A DNA stretch of 64,000 bases from Escherichia phage vB_EcoM_WFL6982: the sequence record MK373774.1; one strand, given 5' to 3'. Shown in pieces: positions 8,154 to 19,161 of the stretch (positions within the stretch are counted from its first letter, which is position 1; the number at the start of each line of letters is the position of its first letter). The notes beneath the pieces are model-generated. The model was not told where the DNA came from and searched no databases. It worked only from the letters and a program-made list of their open reading frames with translations. The position numbers were made by a program, and so were the translations under genes.

Positions 8154-8888
8154 TTACCTTAAGATTGTTTCAATTTTAGAATAAAGCTCTTCTAAAGAGC
8201 CGTCGTTTGTAATAACTAAATCGCCTTCTTCAATAGGCAACCCAGCTTCTGTAATATGTTTATCGGTGGATTCCGTACCAGAGCGAACCACATGAATAAC
8301 TGTAGCACCCATCGCTCTAGCGGTTTCCATTTCATGGACTTGGCGTGTATCGGTCACAACGTAGTAATCGAAATCACTTCCAATATAATCCATATAGTTT
8401 AATGCAAAAAGCTTAACCCAATACATACGGTCAAATAAATTAACGACAACATCCGTACCGAGGGCTTGCATAAGACGGCGGATCGACCACGTGTCGTTGA
8501 TATTATTTATAGCTTCACGCAGGGCTTCGTACGGTTTAATATCTAGATATGAGTATCCACCTTCTAGTGATGATAATACGTTAACACCATTAATTGGCAG
8601 GTATTGTCGTTGTAAATAAATTAGCGTTTCTTCCATTAATTCAATAACATCCAATTTATTGAGATTTAATGGTGTTTCACGGTCGTATCCAATGCCTTCA
8701 AAGTATTCATATTTCAACTCGGTGAATACATCAGGGTTTTCGGCATGTTTACGCTCCCAAGCTATTGCTAGAGCGTCTTTAATTGGATATGCTAATTGAT
8801 ATTTTACGGATTTAAAGTTTGAATTGATGTAATCAGCAGTGGTGTCTTTACCACTACGTTTGATGCCGCTTAAAAAGATTAGCTCCAT
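8154..8888 (-). CDS. 1: deoxynucleoside monophosphate kinase
   Basis: P-loop GIKRSGKDT; T4 gene order. Confidence 0.85.
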   Translation of the reverse strand: MELIFLSGIKRSGKDTTADYINSNFKSVKYQLAYPIKDALAIAWERKHAENPDVFTELKYEYFEGIGYDRETPLNLNKLDVIELMEETLIYLQRQYLPINGVNVLSSLEGGYSYLDIKPYEALREAINNINDTWSIRRLMQALGTDVVVNLFDRMYWVKLFALNYMDYIGSDFDYYVVTDTRQVHEMETARAMGATVIHVVRSGTESTDKHITEAGLPIEEGDLVITNDGSLEELYSKIETILR

Positions 8889-8941
8889 AGGTTTTCCTCA
8901 TATAATTTATGAGTGATTATAACATACGGAGCTAGAAGCGA

Positions 8942-9526
8942 TTAACGCAAGGAAGGGTGACTAGAAATGGATTTAGATTCGGCAGCTTGACGTGGTTGTT
9001 GAGATACAATGACTTCACCGTCTTTTTCTATCGTCATATACGCGTAATGAATAGTTGCTACGCAAGTAACGGCAGGGTCAGAATCTTCAGTGTAACTAAA
9101 TTCAATTTCGCTCAGATCGGAAATCCATGGTTTATAGAAATTTGCCGTCAAAACTACTTCTGTTTTATTGTTGTTTAAAATGTGCAAAGTAACAAACTCA
9201 GGACCATCGGCATGGGCTGTATTATGACCAGTTATATAGTTATTAGTGCTGAGCATCCATTTATACATGTTCATCCAGGACGTCATGTCTTCATCAACTA
9301 TAAATCGTACAATAAAAGGGTCATATTCAAATGTAGTGCCTGCGCGCATTGCACGTCCTAACCCCATTGTGCCAGTCACAGTTTCAACAACAGGAATTCT
9401 CACACCTGGCAGTGGAGCCGTTTGGGCATTGAGCACAAAACCTGAAGTTCGTGTACTATCTGGGATATCCACAACAAAGTTTGTTATATTTGTTTGGTTA
9501 AAAATCTGTCTCGCTGGACGAGTCAT
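8942..9526 (-). CDS. 3: tail completion / sheath stabiliser protein
   Basis: T4 gene order 1-3-2-4; ATG at 9526 with GAGGTG SD (longer frame begins with GTG). Confidence 0.75.
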   Translation of the reverse strand: MTRPARQIFNQTNITNFVVDIPDSTRTSGFVLNAQTAPLPGVRIPVVETVTGTMGLGRAMRAGTTFEYDPFIVRFIVDEDMTSWMNMYKWMLSTNNYITGHNTAHADGPEFVTLHILNNNKTEVVLTANFYKPWISDLSEIEFSYTEDSDPAVTCVATIHYAYMTIEKDGEVIVSQQPRQAAESKSISSHPSLR

Positions 9527-9628
9527 AAGCACCTCAAAAACGCTTTAATAAAAATGCAGTATAATGGTTTTAGGTCTCTTCCATTAATCTGGTTCAACAG
9601 AATATCAGAAGAACGGAAGAGAATAGAA

Positions 9629-10450
9629 TTAAGATTTCCAAACAGTATTCGCAGAGAAACGTTTTCCTTTTGACATAAACTGCTGAGTAGGTAACATGAT
9701 TATGTTAGCCCAGTCTTTAGGAGCTATTTCTGTTATTGTTCCTCTAATGTGGCCTGGCAGGTATGCTTTAATCATTTTGTCAGCACCTTGAAATCCTTTC
9801 ACCTTGCTCCAGTCTATCTTCAACTTTGTGTTATTAGTAATAGTAGTTGTGCTAGCATATTGCTTCAGCAATTCTTCAAGAAACTGTTGACGTGCTTTAG
9901 GTGGGATATAGTGCAAGTTTAACCCGTACATCAAATTATGTTTACCTAATCCTAAATAAATAATCAAAGGATATCGGTCCCAATACGGCAGAGTATCTTT
10001 ATGTTTAGCATCATACACGTAAGTATAAATTTTGCCTGGCGTAGGCTTGACTACTTTATGACCTTTTACACTTTTCTTAATTGTTTCAACAAACCACTTA
10101 GATGATTTGTTGTTTACTGCTGCGCCTTCATTTCTAATCTTTTCTCGTATTGAACTGCGAAACGAGTTTATCATCAGAAGTTGACGTTCTTGCTTATTGA
10201 GTTTATTTTTAGGTTTAGATTCAAGCGTTTCAATTTTCTGTGCAGTCTTAATAGATGATGCATATCTAGACATTGCAGATGTAAACGACGAGTATTTTAT
10301 TCCTTTTGATTCTGCAAATGCTTTTGCAGTGATTCCTTTCTCTTTAGCTTTCTTGTATTCTAATCCTATCTCAATCCATTTTCTTTCATTCATAGACTGA
10401 GCAATCTTAGGGGCTTGTACGCCTTCAGATATAATTTGGAATATGCTCAT
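9629..10450 (-). CDS. 2: DNA end protector protein
   Basis: 273 aa, T4 gene order. Confidence 0.8.
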   Translation of the reverse strand: MSIFQIISEGVQAPKIAQSMNERKWIEIGLEYKKAKEKGITAKAFAESKGIKYSSFTSAMSRYASSIKTAQKIETLESKPKNKLNKQERQLLMINSFRSSIREKIRNEGAAVNNKSSKWFVETIKKSVKGHKVVKPTPGKIYTYVYDAKHKDTLPYWDRYPLIIYLGLGKHNLMYGLNLHYIPPKARQQFLEELLKQYASTTTITNNTKLKIDWSKVKGFQGADKMIKAYLPGHIRGTITEIAPKDWANIIMLPTQQFMSKGKRFSANTVWKS

Positions 10451-10452
10451 AA

Positions 10453-10902
10453 TTACCCCTTGTATCCGAGTTTTCTAAGACCGTCTTCGGTTAGAACTCG
10501 AAATTTTATATTTCTCTTTTCTGCGACAGCAGAAGCAGCTTTCCATTTATCACAGTTCACAGACCACACGTAGATCTCGTTCATATAACGTTTCTTTGCT
10601 GCAGTCGTAAGATTCGCCGGTTTAATAGGTGGCTGAGTTTCTTTCTTTGGTTTTATTTCTACAAAAAACTCTTGACCTGATGCATCTTTCATCCATATGT
10701 CCATATAGTATCGACGTTTCTTACCTTCGGCATTACAAAAATATGGAATTACTGCTGTTTCACTACCCCATGCAATAATTTCTGGATTTTTATCCAACCA
10801 TTCGAAAAAGAATTTTTCCCAGTTTGAACGATACGTTATTTTGGTATGGTCTCCACGGTATTTTTTTAAATTTTTTGGGACCCATTTACCAGAGTAGGCC
10901 AT
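10453..10902 (-). CDS. 4: head completion protein
   Basis: Start MAYSGKW with GGAGGA SD gives 150 aa; upstream in-frame extension rejected. Confidence 0.8.
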   Translation of the reverse strand: MAYSGKWVPKNLKKYRGDHTKITYRSNWEKFFFEWLDKNPEIIAWGSETAVIPYFCNAEGKKRRYYMDIWMKDASGQEFFVEIKPKKETQPPIKPANLTTAAKKRYMNEIYVWSVNCDKWKAASAVAEKRNIKFRVLTEDGLRKLGYKG

Positions 10903-10913
10903 GTTGTCCTCCT

Positions 10914-10921
10914 TATAAATA
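10914..10921 (+). promoter_or_regulatory. late promoter TATAAATA
   Basis: Exact TATAAATA upstream of gene 53. Confidence 0.6.
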
Positions 10922-10963
10922 GTATTATTATTTATACCAATTTCATATTGGAAGGAGACTATC

Positions 10964-11539
10964 TTGTTATTTACATTCTTCGACCCAATAGGATATAGTG
11001 CTAAAACCATTAATAAGAATGCACCTACTATTCCTATGACAGACATATTTCGTAACTATAAAGAGTACTTTAAGCGTGTTGCTGCCAATTATAGATTACG
11101 TTCTTATTATATTAAAGGCTCTCCACGTCCTGAAGAACTAGCGAATATCATTTATGGCAACCCTCAATTATACTGGGTTCTTTTGATGTGCAACGATAAC
11201 TACGACCCGTATTATGGTTGGATTACATCTCAGGAAGCAGCGTATCAAGCTTCTATTCAGAAATATGCAAATGCAGGCGGCGACCAAATTCTTTATCATA
11301 TTAATGAAAATCGTGAGAAATTTTACAACTTAGTTTCATATCCAGATGAGCCATTAGTATGGTATGATAAAGGCGATAAAGCTCGTAAGTATCCGCAATA
11401 TAAAGGACCTTTAGCTGCAGTAGATACTTATGAAGCGGCAGTATTAGATAATGAAAAACTTCGTAAAATAAAAATTGTTGCAAAAGAAGATATAAACTCG
11501 TTTATCACAGATTTGATTCGTGAGATGGAGATTGCATAA
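10964..11539 (+). CDS. 53: baseplate wedge subunit
   Basis: Translation MLFTFFDP.. matches T4 gp53; apparent TTG start with GAAGGAG SD. Confidence 0.85.
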   Translation: MLFTFFDPIGYSAKTINKNAPTIPMTDIFRNYKEYFKRVAANYRLRSYYIKGSPRPEELANIIYGNPQLYWVLLMCNDNYDPYYGWITSQEAAYQASIQKYANAGGDQILYHINENREKFYNLVSYPDEPLVWYDKGDKARKYPQYKGPLAAVDTYEAAVLDNEKLRKIKIVAKEDINSFITDLIREMEIA

Positions 11540-13272
11540 TGGAAATGATTAGTAGTAGCCTTAATTGGTTTGTGGGTGTTGTTGAAGACAGAATGGACCC
11601 ATTGAAACAAGGGCGTGTTCGAGTACGAGTCGTAGGCCTGCATCCAGCACAGAGAGCACAAGGTGATGTACAAGGTATTCCTACAGAAAAACTTCCATGG
11701 ATGACTGTTATTCAACCTATTACGTCTGCATCAATGTCGGGTATTGGCGGATCTGTTACAGGCCCTGTTGAAGGAACTCGAGTATATGGTCATTTCTTAG
11801 ACAAATGGAAAACAAACGGTATTGTACTCGGTACGTATGGCGGAATTGTACGTGAAAAACCTAATAGACTAGAAGGTTTTTCCGACCCGACAGGTCAGTA
11901 TCCGCGACGTTTAGGTAATGATACGAACGTATTAAACCAAGGTGGTGAAGCTGGTTATTATTCGAACTCTAACGTAATTCAAGATAACAACTTAGATTAT
12001 GGTATAAACCCAGATGATACAGATTTAGCAAATATTCCAGAAGATGATGACCCTAATTTTACAATAACAGAAATGTTACGTCGTGACGAAGGTCTTCGTG
12101 ATAAAGTGTATTGGGACCATCTCGGGTATCCTACAGTAGGTATTGGACACCTTATCGTAATGGAAAAGACCCGAGATATGTCTCGAATTAATAAATTGTT
12201 ATCTGATCAAGTAGGGCGTGAAGTAACAGGAAATCCGGGAACTATTACATTAGAAGAAGCAACAGCGTTATTTGAGAAAGACCTTGCTAAGATGCAGAAA
12301 GACATTCGTTCTAATTCTAAAGTAGGTCCTGTTTATGCTAAAATGAACAGATCTCGCCAAATGGCATTAGAAAACATGTGCTTCCAAATGGGCGTTGGTG
12401 GCGTAGCAAAATTCAATACTATGCTTAACGCAATGGCCGCAGGTGATTGGAAAACTGCATACAAATCTGGGCGCGATTCATTATGGTTCCAACAGACTAA
12501 AGGACGCGCTTCACGTGTAACAACAATTATTTTAACCGGTAACATGGAATCATACGGTGTTCCTGTTAAAACACCGCCTTCACCAGGAGTTGGTGCTGAT
12601 TTAGTTACTAGAAATACCGATCCAGAAGACCCGGCTGGTCCTCCTGTTCCATTAGATTCACGTATCCTTTTTAAAGAACCGGAATCAAGTTATCGTGGTG
12701 AGTATCCATACGTTCATGCTATGGAAACAGAAAGTGGTCATATCCAAGAATTTGATGACACTCCAGGTAATGAACGTTATCGCTTAGTTCATCCAACAGG
12801 GTCATATGAGGAAGTTTCTCCATCCGGCCGTCGTACTCGTAAAACTGTAGAAGACCTTTTTGACATCACTAATGGTGATGGGAACTTCTTGATTTCTGGC
12901 GATAAGCTTGTTAACGTTGGTGCTAATGAAATATACTATAACATGGCAGACCGCCTCCATCAAATAGACGGCAATGACACAATCTTTATTCGTGGTAACC
13001 AAGCTAAAACTGTTGAAGGCGATGGAACTCTTTACGTTAAGGGTAATATCAAAATAGTTGTTGACGGAAATGCAGATATTCTTGTTAAAGGCGATGCTAA
13101 AACTCAGGTAGAAGGGAATCATGATTACACCGTCAACGGAAACGTTAAATGGACTGTTAATGGTAATGTTGATATGACTGTTGCCGGGGATTGGGCAGAA
13201 ACAATGTCTACAATGAGCTCAGTAGCTTCAGGACAATACACCGTTGACGGATCTCGTATTGATATTGGGTAA
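11539..13272 (+). CDS. 5: baseplate hub and tail lysozyme
   Basis: Lysozyme segment DEGLRDKVYWDHLGYPTVGIGHL and C-terminal VxGN beta-helix repeats. Confidence 0.95.
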   Translation: MEMISSSLNWFVGVVEDRMDPLKQGRVRVRVVGLHPAQRAQGDVQGIPTEKLPWMTVIQPITSASMSGIGGSVTGPVEGTRVYGHFLDKWKTNGIVLGTYGGIVREKPNRLEGFSDPTGQYPRRLGNDTNVLNQGGEAGYYSNSNVIQDNNLDYGINPDDTDLANIPEDDDPNFTITEMLRRDEGLRDKVYWDHLGYPTVGIGHLIVMEKTRDMSRINKLLSDQVGREVTGNPGTITLEEATALFEKDLAKMQKDIRSNSKVGPVYAKMNRSRQMALENMCFQMGVGGVAKFNTMLNAMAAGDWKTAYKSGRDSLWFQQTKGRASRVTTIILTGNMESYGVPVKTPPSPGVGADLVTRNTDPEDPAGPPVPLDSRILFKEPESSYRGEYPYVHAMETESGHIQEFDDTPGNERYRLVHPTGSYEEVSPSGRRTRKTVEDLFDITNGDGNFLISGDKLVNVGANEIYYNMADRLHQIDGNDTIFIRGNQAKTVEGDGTLYVKGNIKIVVDGNADILVKGDAKTQVEGNHDYTVNGNVKWTVNGNVDMTVAGDWAETMSTMSSVASGQYTVDGSRIDIG

Positions 13273-13275
13273 TAT

Positions 13276-13791
13276 ATGGCACAAATACTTCCTTTAAATA
13301 CCGACTTAGGAGAAGACATGGAAGGGGCGTCTATTGACGTCCTTTTTACTCCGCAGTTAGAAACAACCGAAACTTTAGTGTCAATAAATATAACAGATTA
13401 TGAACCGACACAAGGCATTACGGTAGATGGCAATCGTTTATATGGAACATATGAAAGTGTGTTTAGCTTTTCTTCAGATGCATTGAAATACCGATTAAAT
13501 GATGATTTTGAAACCGCATCTTCATGGGATGATTTACCAAAAGATGAATCCACACAGTTATATTTGTGGAGAGCTCCTCAGAATCTTCGTAAAGTGTTTA
13601 GTTATACGGTTGAAATGATTTATAACTACCAAGAAGAAAGTTCATCAGGCGGTTCTAGAAGTGACTCTGGTACAGAACCTCCACCGGCTCCAGTACAAAA
13701 AACTCTTACTAAGGTTTATACAAAAACTATAGTAGGAAATTGGAGCAAATGGGCTCAACAATTACGAAACTATGTTTATGCGAGGCCATAA
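13276..13791 (+). CDS. 5.1: gp5.1-like protein
   Basis: Position after gene 5. Confidence 0.7.
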   Translation: MAQILPLNTDLGEDMEGASIDVLFTPQLETTETLVSINITDYEPTQGITVDGNRLYGTYESVFSFSSDALKYRLNDDFETASSWDDLPKDESTQLYLWRAPQNLRKVFSYTVEMIYNYQEESSSGGSRSDSGTEPPPAPVQKTLTKVYTKTIVGNWSKWAQQLRNYVYARP

Positions 13792-13793
13792 AA

Positions 13794-14087
13794 ATGTCTG
13801 GATTAAGTTACGACAAGTGCGTTACAGCAGGTCATGAAGCATGGCCTCCTACTGTAATAAATGCTTCACAATCTAAAGTGTTCACCGGCGGTATTCCTGT
13901 TCTTGTGGCAGGAGACCAAATAACACCTCATACAGAAATTAAAAAACCATACGAGACTCATGGAGGTGTTACTGAACCTCGTACATCTAAAGTATACGTC
14001 ACCGGTAAAAAGGCCGTTCAAATGGCTGACCCAATTTCATGCGGGGATACTGTTTCTCAGGCCTCGTCAAAAGTCTTTATAAAATAG
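13794..14087 (+). CDS. 5.4: PAAR-like spike tip protein
   Basis: Start MSGLSYDK; about 97 aa; position between 5.1 and 6. Confidence 0.75.
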   Translation: MSGLSYDKCVTAGHEAWPPTVINASQSKVFTGGIPVLVAGDQITPHTEIKKPYETHGGVTEPRTSKVYVTGKKAVQMADPISCGDTVSQASSKVFIK

Positions 14088-14095
14088 GAATTAAA

Positions 14096-16066
14096 ATGGC
14101 AAACACTCCTGTAAATTATCAATTAACCCGAACAGCGAATGCTATTCCCGAGATTTTTATCGGGGGCACATTTGCCGAAATCAAACAGAACATTATCGAA
14201 TGGCTTAATGGGCAGAATGAATTTCTTGATTATGATTTTGAAGGTTCACGCTTAAACGTATTGTGTGACCTTTTAGCATATAATACTCTTTATATCCAAC
14301 AGTTCAGTAATAGTGCAGTGTATGAAAGCTTTATGCGTACTGCTAACTTGCGCAGTTCCGTTGTACAAGCGGCTCAGGATAATGGATATCTGCCTGCATC
14401 TAAATCAGCAGCACAAACAGAAATTATGCTCACATGTACGGATGCATTAAATAGAAACTATATCACTATTCCACGTGGTACTCGTTTCCTGGCGTATGCT
14501 AAAGGTACTTCTGTAAATCCATATAACTTTGTTTCCACCGAAGACGTCATTGTAGTTAAAGACAAAAATAATCAATATTTCCCACGTCTTAGGTTAGCTC
14601 AGGGACGTATTGTTCGTACTGAATTAATATTTGATAAATTAAAACCTATCATTATTCGTGATAAGAACATCGACCGTAATTTGGTTAAATTGTATGTTGA
14701 CGGAGCAGAATGGATTAACTGGACTCGCAAATCGATGGTTCATGCTGGTTCTACTTCAACCATTTATTATATGCGAGAAACTGTTGACGGGAACACTGAA
14801 TTTTATTTTGGTGAAGGTGAAATCTCTATTAACACATCAGAAGGTGCTTTAACATCCAACTACATTGGTGGCCTTAAACCTGTCCAGGGTTCTAAAATCG
14901 TAATTGAATATATTTCTACTAATGGTGCTGAAGCAAATGGTGCAGTAGGATTCTCTTATGCTGATACATTAGCTAATATCACAGTTATTGGAATTAATGA
15001 AAACCCAAGTAATAACCCTGACTTCGTTGGTGCGGATGGCGGTGGCGACCCTGAAGATATTGAACGTATCCGTGAATTAGGTACAATTAAACGTGAAACT
15101 CAACAACGATGTGTGACTGCGACCGATTACGACACATTCGTCTCTGAACGATTTGGTTCTATTATTCAAGCGGTTCAGACATTTACGGATTCATCTAAGC
15201 CTGGGTACGCATTTATTGCTGCTAAACCTAAGTCTGGGTTATATTTGACTTCCGTCCAACGAGATGATATTAAAAATTATCTTAATGAGTATAACTTAGG
15301 GACGATAACTCCTGTTGTTATTTCTCCTGATTATTTGTTTATTAAAATGAATATTCGCGTTACGTATGCATTGAACAAATTACAGGAATCTGAACAATGG
15401 TTAGAAGGCCAAATTATTAATAAAATCGACCGTTATTATATTGAAGACGTGGAAATTTTTAACTCGTCATTCGCAAAATCTAAAATGTTAACGTATGTCG
15501 ATGACGCAGATATTTCTATCATTGGTTCGTCTGCGACTATTCAAATGGTTCGCGAGGTACAGAACTTCTACAAAACACCTGAAACATGTATTAAATACAA
15601 TAACCAGATTAAAGATAGAACATTAGAATCTAACGTGTTTTCATTTGATAGTTTACGCGTTGACCCTGAAACAGAAGCTACTATTAAATACGACGTTCGC
15701 ATTGTAGGTTCAGATAGAAATGACCGTGGCATTGGACAAGTTATCATTGGTCCGTTTGCAGATGGCGACGTTATAGAAAATGCTTATATTCAACCATATA
15801 CTGGTGACGATTTTAATAAACTTCATGTTACGGACGGAAGAAACAAATATTACTCTATAGGTGAAGTAAATTATCCGGCTGATTCAATTTATTGGAATAT
15901 AGCTAAAATTGATTTAACTTCTGATAGGTTTGAAGTTCAAACTATTGAACTCTATTCAGACCCAGCTGATGATGTTATCTTTACTAAAGACGGGTCGTTA
16001 ATTGTATTTGAAAATGACTTACGTCCGCAATATTTAACCATAGATTTGGAGCCTATTTCACAATGA
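14096..16066 (+). CDS. 6: baseplate wedge subunit
   Basis: Start MANTPVNYQ; size and order as T4 gp6. Confidence 0.9.
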   Translation: MANTPVNYQLTRTANAIPEIFIGGTFAEIKQNIIEWLNGQNEFLDYDFEGSRLNVLCDLLAYNTLYIQQFSNSAVYESFMRTANLRSSVVQAAQDNGYLPASKSAAQTEIMLTCTDALNRNYITIPRGTRFLAYAKGTSVNPYNFVSTEDVIVVKDKNNQYFPRLRLAQGRIVRTELIFDKLKPIIIRDKNIDRNLVKLYVDGAEWINWTRKSMVHAGSTSTIYYMRETVDGNTEFYFGEGEISINTSEGALTSNYIGGLKPVQGSKIVIEYISTNGAEANGAVGFSYADTLANITVIGINENPSNNPDFVGADGGGDPEDIERIRELGTIKRETQQRCVTATDYDTFVSERFGSIIQAVQTFTDSSKPGYAFIAAKPKSGLYLTSVQRDDIKNYLNEYNLGTITPVVISPDYLFIKMNIRVTYALNKLQESEQWLEGQIINKIDRYYIEDVEIFNSSFAKSKMLTYVDDADISIIGSSATIQMVREVQNFYKTPETCIKYNNQIKDRTLESNVFSFDSLRVDPETEATIKYDVRIVGSDRNDRGIGQVIIGPFADGDVIENAYIQPYTGDDFNKLHVTDGRNKYYSIGEVNYPADSIYWNIAKIDLTSDRFEVQTIELYSDPADDVIFTKDGSLIVFENDLRPQYLTIDLEPISQ

Positions 16067-19000
16067 CAGTAAAAGCGCCAGCAGTCACGAGTCTCAGATT
16101 ATCTAAATTGTCCGCAAACCAAGTTCAAATTCGCTGGGATGAGGTTGGCGCTAATTTCTACTATTTTGTGGAAATAGCTGAGACCAAAACAGCTAACGGG
16201 GAAGTAATTCCACGTAATAGCTATAGATGGACTAATTTAGGATATACCGCTGATAACAATTTCTTTGAGTCTGGTTTAAATTCATTAACAACATATATGA
16301 TGCGTGTGGCTACAGCAGCGGAGGGATTTGAGCAGTCTGATTGGAGATACACCGAAGAGTTTGAAACATTTGAAATAAACGCTTACACATTCCAACATAT
16401 GATTGAAATGCAATTAGCTAATGAGTTTATTTCTGAAAAATTTACAAAAAATAATACAAACTACGTTGATTTTAATAATGACACGATCATGGCAGCACTG
16501 ATGAGCGAGTCGTTCCAATTTAGTCCTGCATACACCGATGTGTCGTCGATTAGAAATTTTATAATTGGTGAAAATCAGTATCATGAAATCCAGGGGCATA
16601 TCCAGGACGTATGTAAAGATATAAATCGAGTATATCTAATGGAATCTGAAGGAATTCTTTACCTTTTTGAAAGATTCCAACCTATTGTAAAAGTGTCTAA
16701 TGATAAAGGCCAAACATGGAAAGCTGTTAAATTGCTTAATGACCGTGTAGGATATCCACTTTCACGAACTGTATATTACCAATCAGAATATACGACGTAT
16801 TTGCTCGGCTATGATAAGATTTTTTATGGGCGTAAATCATCCGATATTCGTTGGTCTGCTGATGATGTTCGTTTCAGTTCACAAGATGTAACATTTGCTA
16901 AAATCGGGGACCGATTAAATTTAGGTTTTGATGTAGAGATTTTCGGCACATACGCGTCATTACCAGGAAACGTATCACGTATTGCAGAAGCTATTACTTG
17001 TAATGATGACTATGTTTATATTGCGGCCAGAGATAAAGTTCGCTTCGTTAAAACCAGTAACGCTCCTATTGATTCAGATCCATTATCTCCGACCTATTCC
17101 GAACGGTTGTTTGAACCTGAGACGTTTACAATAACAGGCAACCCTAAAGCAGTTTGTTATAAAATGGATTCTGTTGGTGGAAGAATATTCGCTCTTATTA
17201 TTGGTGAAGTCGAAAACGTTAATGACGACCCAAGAACAAAGCCTATTTTGGATTCCGTTGATAAAGGTGTATACGTTTTAGACCATGACGCTGGAACATT
17301 TAAAAGGATATTTGGTAATACCGAAGAAGAACGCCGTCGTATAGAACCGGCTTTCACCAATATGTCTACTGATGGTGTTGAGCTTTATATCTCTTCTAGT
17401 AATTTTAAATTTTTAGAATCTGATATTGTTGACGACCCAGAAACGCAATCTAAGTATGGACTTTTAGAAGCAGTTAAGTATGAATATCCTAGAGAATGGC
17501 TCGCAGATAAACATTACCATATGATGATTTTCGCATCAAACGAAGAAAGTAATTGGGAAACTTTTTCACCAACTCCTATGCAGTATTATGCAGAACCTTT
17601 CTTTAGTTATTCTAGAAAATCAGGCACACGTTCTTGGATTAATAACTCTGATAGAGCGGTAGTGATTTATTCTGATTTGCTTTACACAAAGGTAGTGGAA
17701 AGCCACCCTAGCACTTCACCTGATCGTAAAGTTCATGAATACTGGAATGACGGCGATTGTAAGATTGTTATGCCGAATATAGAATTCACTGGATTTAAAA
17801 AATACGCATCTGGTATGTTGTTTTATAAATCATCAGGTGAAATAATTTCATATTACGATTTTAGTTATCGTGTTAGAGATAACGTTTCTATAATTTGGAA
17901 GCCCACTAACGTATTCTTGACCGCCTCATTACAAAACCAAGAAAAAGAAACTTCTTGGGTTCCTGTTGAAGAGACAGGTCTATCTGACCCGGATTTACGC
18001 CCATTACTCACTACAATGATGCCAGAGTCTTATCTGTTGGATAATACAAACTTTGAAGCATTTTGTGAAGCGTATATTCAATATCTTTCTGATGGATACG
18101 GGACTCATTATAATAACTTATTGAATTTGATTAAAAATAAATACCCGCGAGAAGAACACGCATGGGAATATCTTTGGTCTGAAATTTATAAACGGAACAT
18201 TTATTTGAATGCTGAGAAACGTGATTTAGTTTCTAGGTTCTTTGAGTCCAGAAGTTACGATTTTTATTCTACTAAAGGAACTGAAGCGTCGTATAAGTTT
18301 TTGTTTAAAGTTCTTTATAACGAAGACGTTGAAGTGGAAATTGAGTCATCTGCTGGAACAGAGTACGATATCATAATTCAATCTGATTCTATAAGTGAAG
18401 ATTTGGTTGGACAAACTATATACACCGCTACAGGTAGATGTAATGTTACATATTTAGAAAGAAGCTATTCTAAAGGTAAATTACAATGGACTGTGACTAT
18501 TCATAACCTTTTAGGTAGGCTTTTAGTCGGTCAAGAAGTAAAAGCCGAAAGACTAGCAGATTTTGAAGGTGAAATAGTTCGCGGTATTAAAGGTAAAGAA
18601 CTTGCCCAAAACACTATCGATTATTTTAATCGTGGTAGAGCTTATTACGTCATGAAAATAAAGTCAAATCTTCCATCCTCTCGTTGGAAATCTGACGTAC
18701 TACGTTTTGTACATCCGGTAGGATTTGGATTTATTGCAATAACCTTATTAACAATGTTTATTAATACAGGATTAACGCTTAAACATGTTGAAACTATTAT
18801 TAATAAATATAAAAATTATAAGTGGGATTCCGGACTGCCTACGGAATATGCAGACCGAGTCGCTCGTTTAGACCCTCAAGGTAATGTGGAATTCAATCCT
18901 GTTACAGGTGAAGTAATTTATGATGCTGGTCCTTATGCTGGTATCGAATACCCTTTACCTGCAAATTATAACGAAGAAAATGATAACTCTATTTTCCAAG

Positions 19001-19161
19001 GACAATTACCGTCCGAACGACGCAAGCCAATGAGCCCATTATTTGATGCATCAGGTACAACGTTCTCTAGATTTAGAGAGCTTGTTAATGAAAGATTGTT
19101 AGATAACGTGGGAAATCCTAGAGACCCGATTAATCCACCACAGGTTAAATTAGATGAATGA
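16063..19161 (+). CDS. 7: baseplate wedge initiator
   Basis: 1032 aa, same length as I recall for T4 gp7. Confidence 0.9.
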   Translation: MTVKAPAVTSLRLSKLSANQVQIRWDEVGANFYYFVEIAETKTANGEVIPRNSYRWTNLGYTADNNFFESGLNSLTTYMMRVATAAEGFEQSDWRYTEEFETFEINAYTFQHMIEMQLANEFISEKFTKNNTNYVDFNNDTIMAALMSESFQFSPAYTDVSSIRNFIIGENQYHEIQGHIQDVCKDINRVYLMESEGILYLFERFQPIVKVSNDKGQTWKAVKLLNDRVGYPLSRTVYYQSEYTTYLLGYDKIFYGRKSSDIRWSADDVRFSSQDVTFAKIGDRLNLGFDVEIFGTYASLPGNVSRIAEAITCNDDYVYIAARDKVRFVKTSNAPIDSDPLSPTYSERLFEPETFTITGNPKAVCYKMDSVGGRIFALIIGEVENVNDDPRTKPILDSVDKGVYVLDHDAGTFKRIFGNTEEERRRIEPAFTNMSTDGVELYISSSNFKFLESDIVDDPETQSKYGLLEAVKYEYPREWLADKHYHMMIFASNEESNWETFSPTPMQYYAEPFFSYSRKSGTRSWINNSDRAVVIYSDLLYTKVVESHPSTSPDRKVHEYWNDGDCKIVMPNIEFTGFKKYASGMLFYKSSGEIISYYDFSYRVRDNVSIIWKPTNVFLTASLQNQEKETSWVPVEETGLSDPDLRPLLTTMMPESYLLDNTNFEAFCEAYIQYLSDGYGTHYNNLLNLIKNKYPREEHAWEYLWSEIYKRNIYLNAEKRDLVSRFFESRSYDFYSTKGTEASYKFLFKVLYNEDVEVEIESSAGTEYDIIIQSDSISEDLVGQTIYTATGRCNVTYLERSYSKGKLQWTVTIHNLLGRLLVGQEVKAERLADFEGEIVRGIKGKELAQNTIDYFNRGRAYYVMKIKSNLPSSRWKSDVLRFVHPVGFGFIAITLLTMFINTGLTLKHVETIINKYKNYKWDSGLPTEYADRVARLDPQGNVEFNPVTGEVIYDAGPYAGIEYPLPANYNEENDNSIFQGQLPSERRKPMSPLFDASGTTFSRFRELVNERLLDNVGNPRDPINPPQVKLDE

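Noticed and set aside
10453-11046. 197-aa extended form of gene 4
   Set aside because: The N-terminal 48 codons lack an SD and read across the intergenic late promoter; MAYSGKW at 10902 with GGAGGA SD gives the expected 150-aa protein.
12950-13200. Periodic repeat in gene 5
   Set aside because: This is the protein-level VxGN beta-helix repeat of the tail spike, not a DNA tandem repeat or CRISPR-like array.
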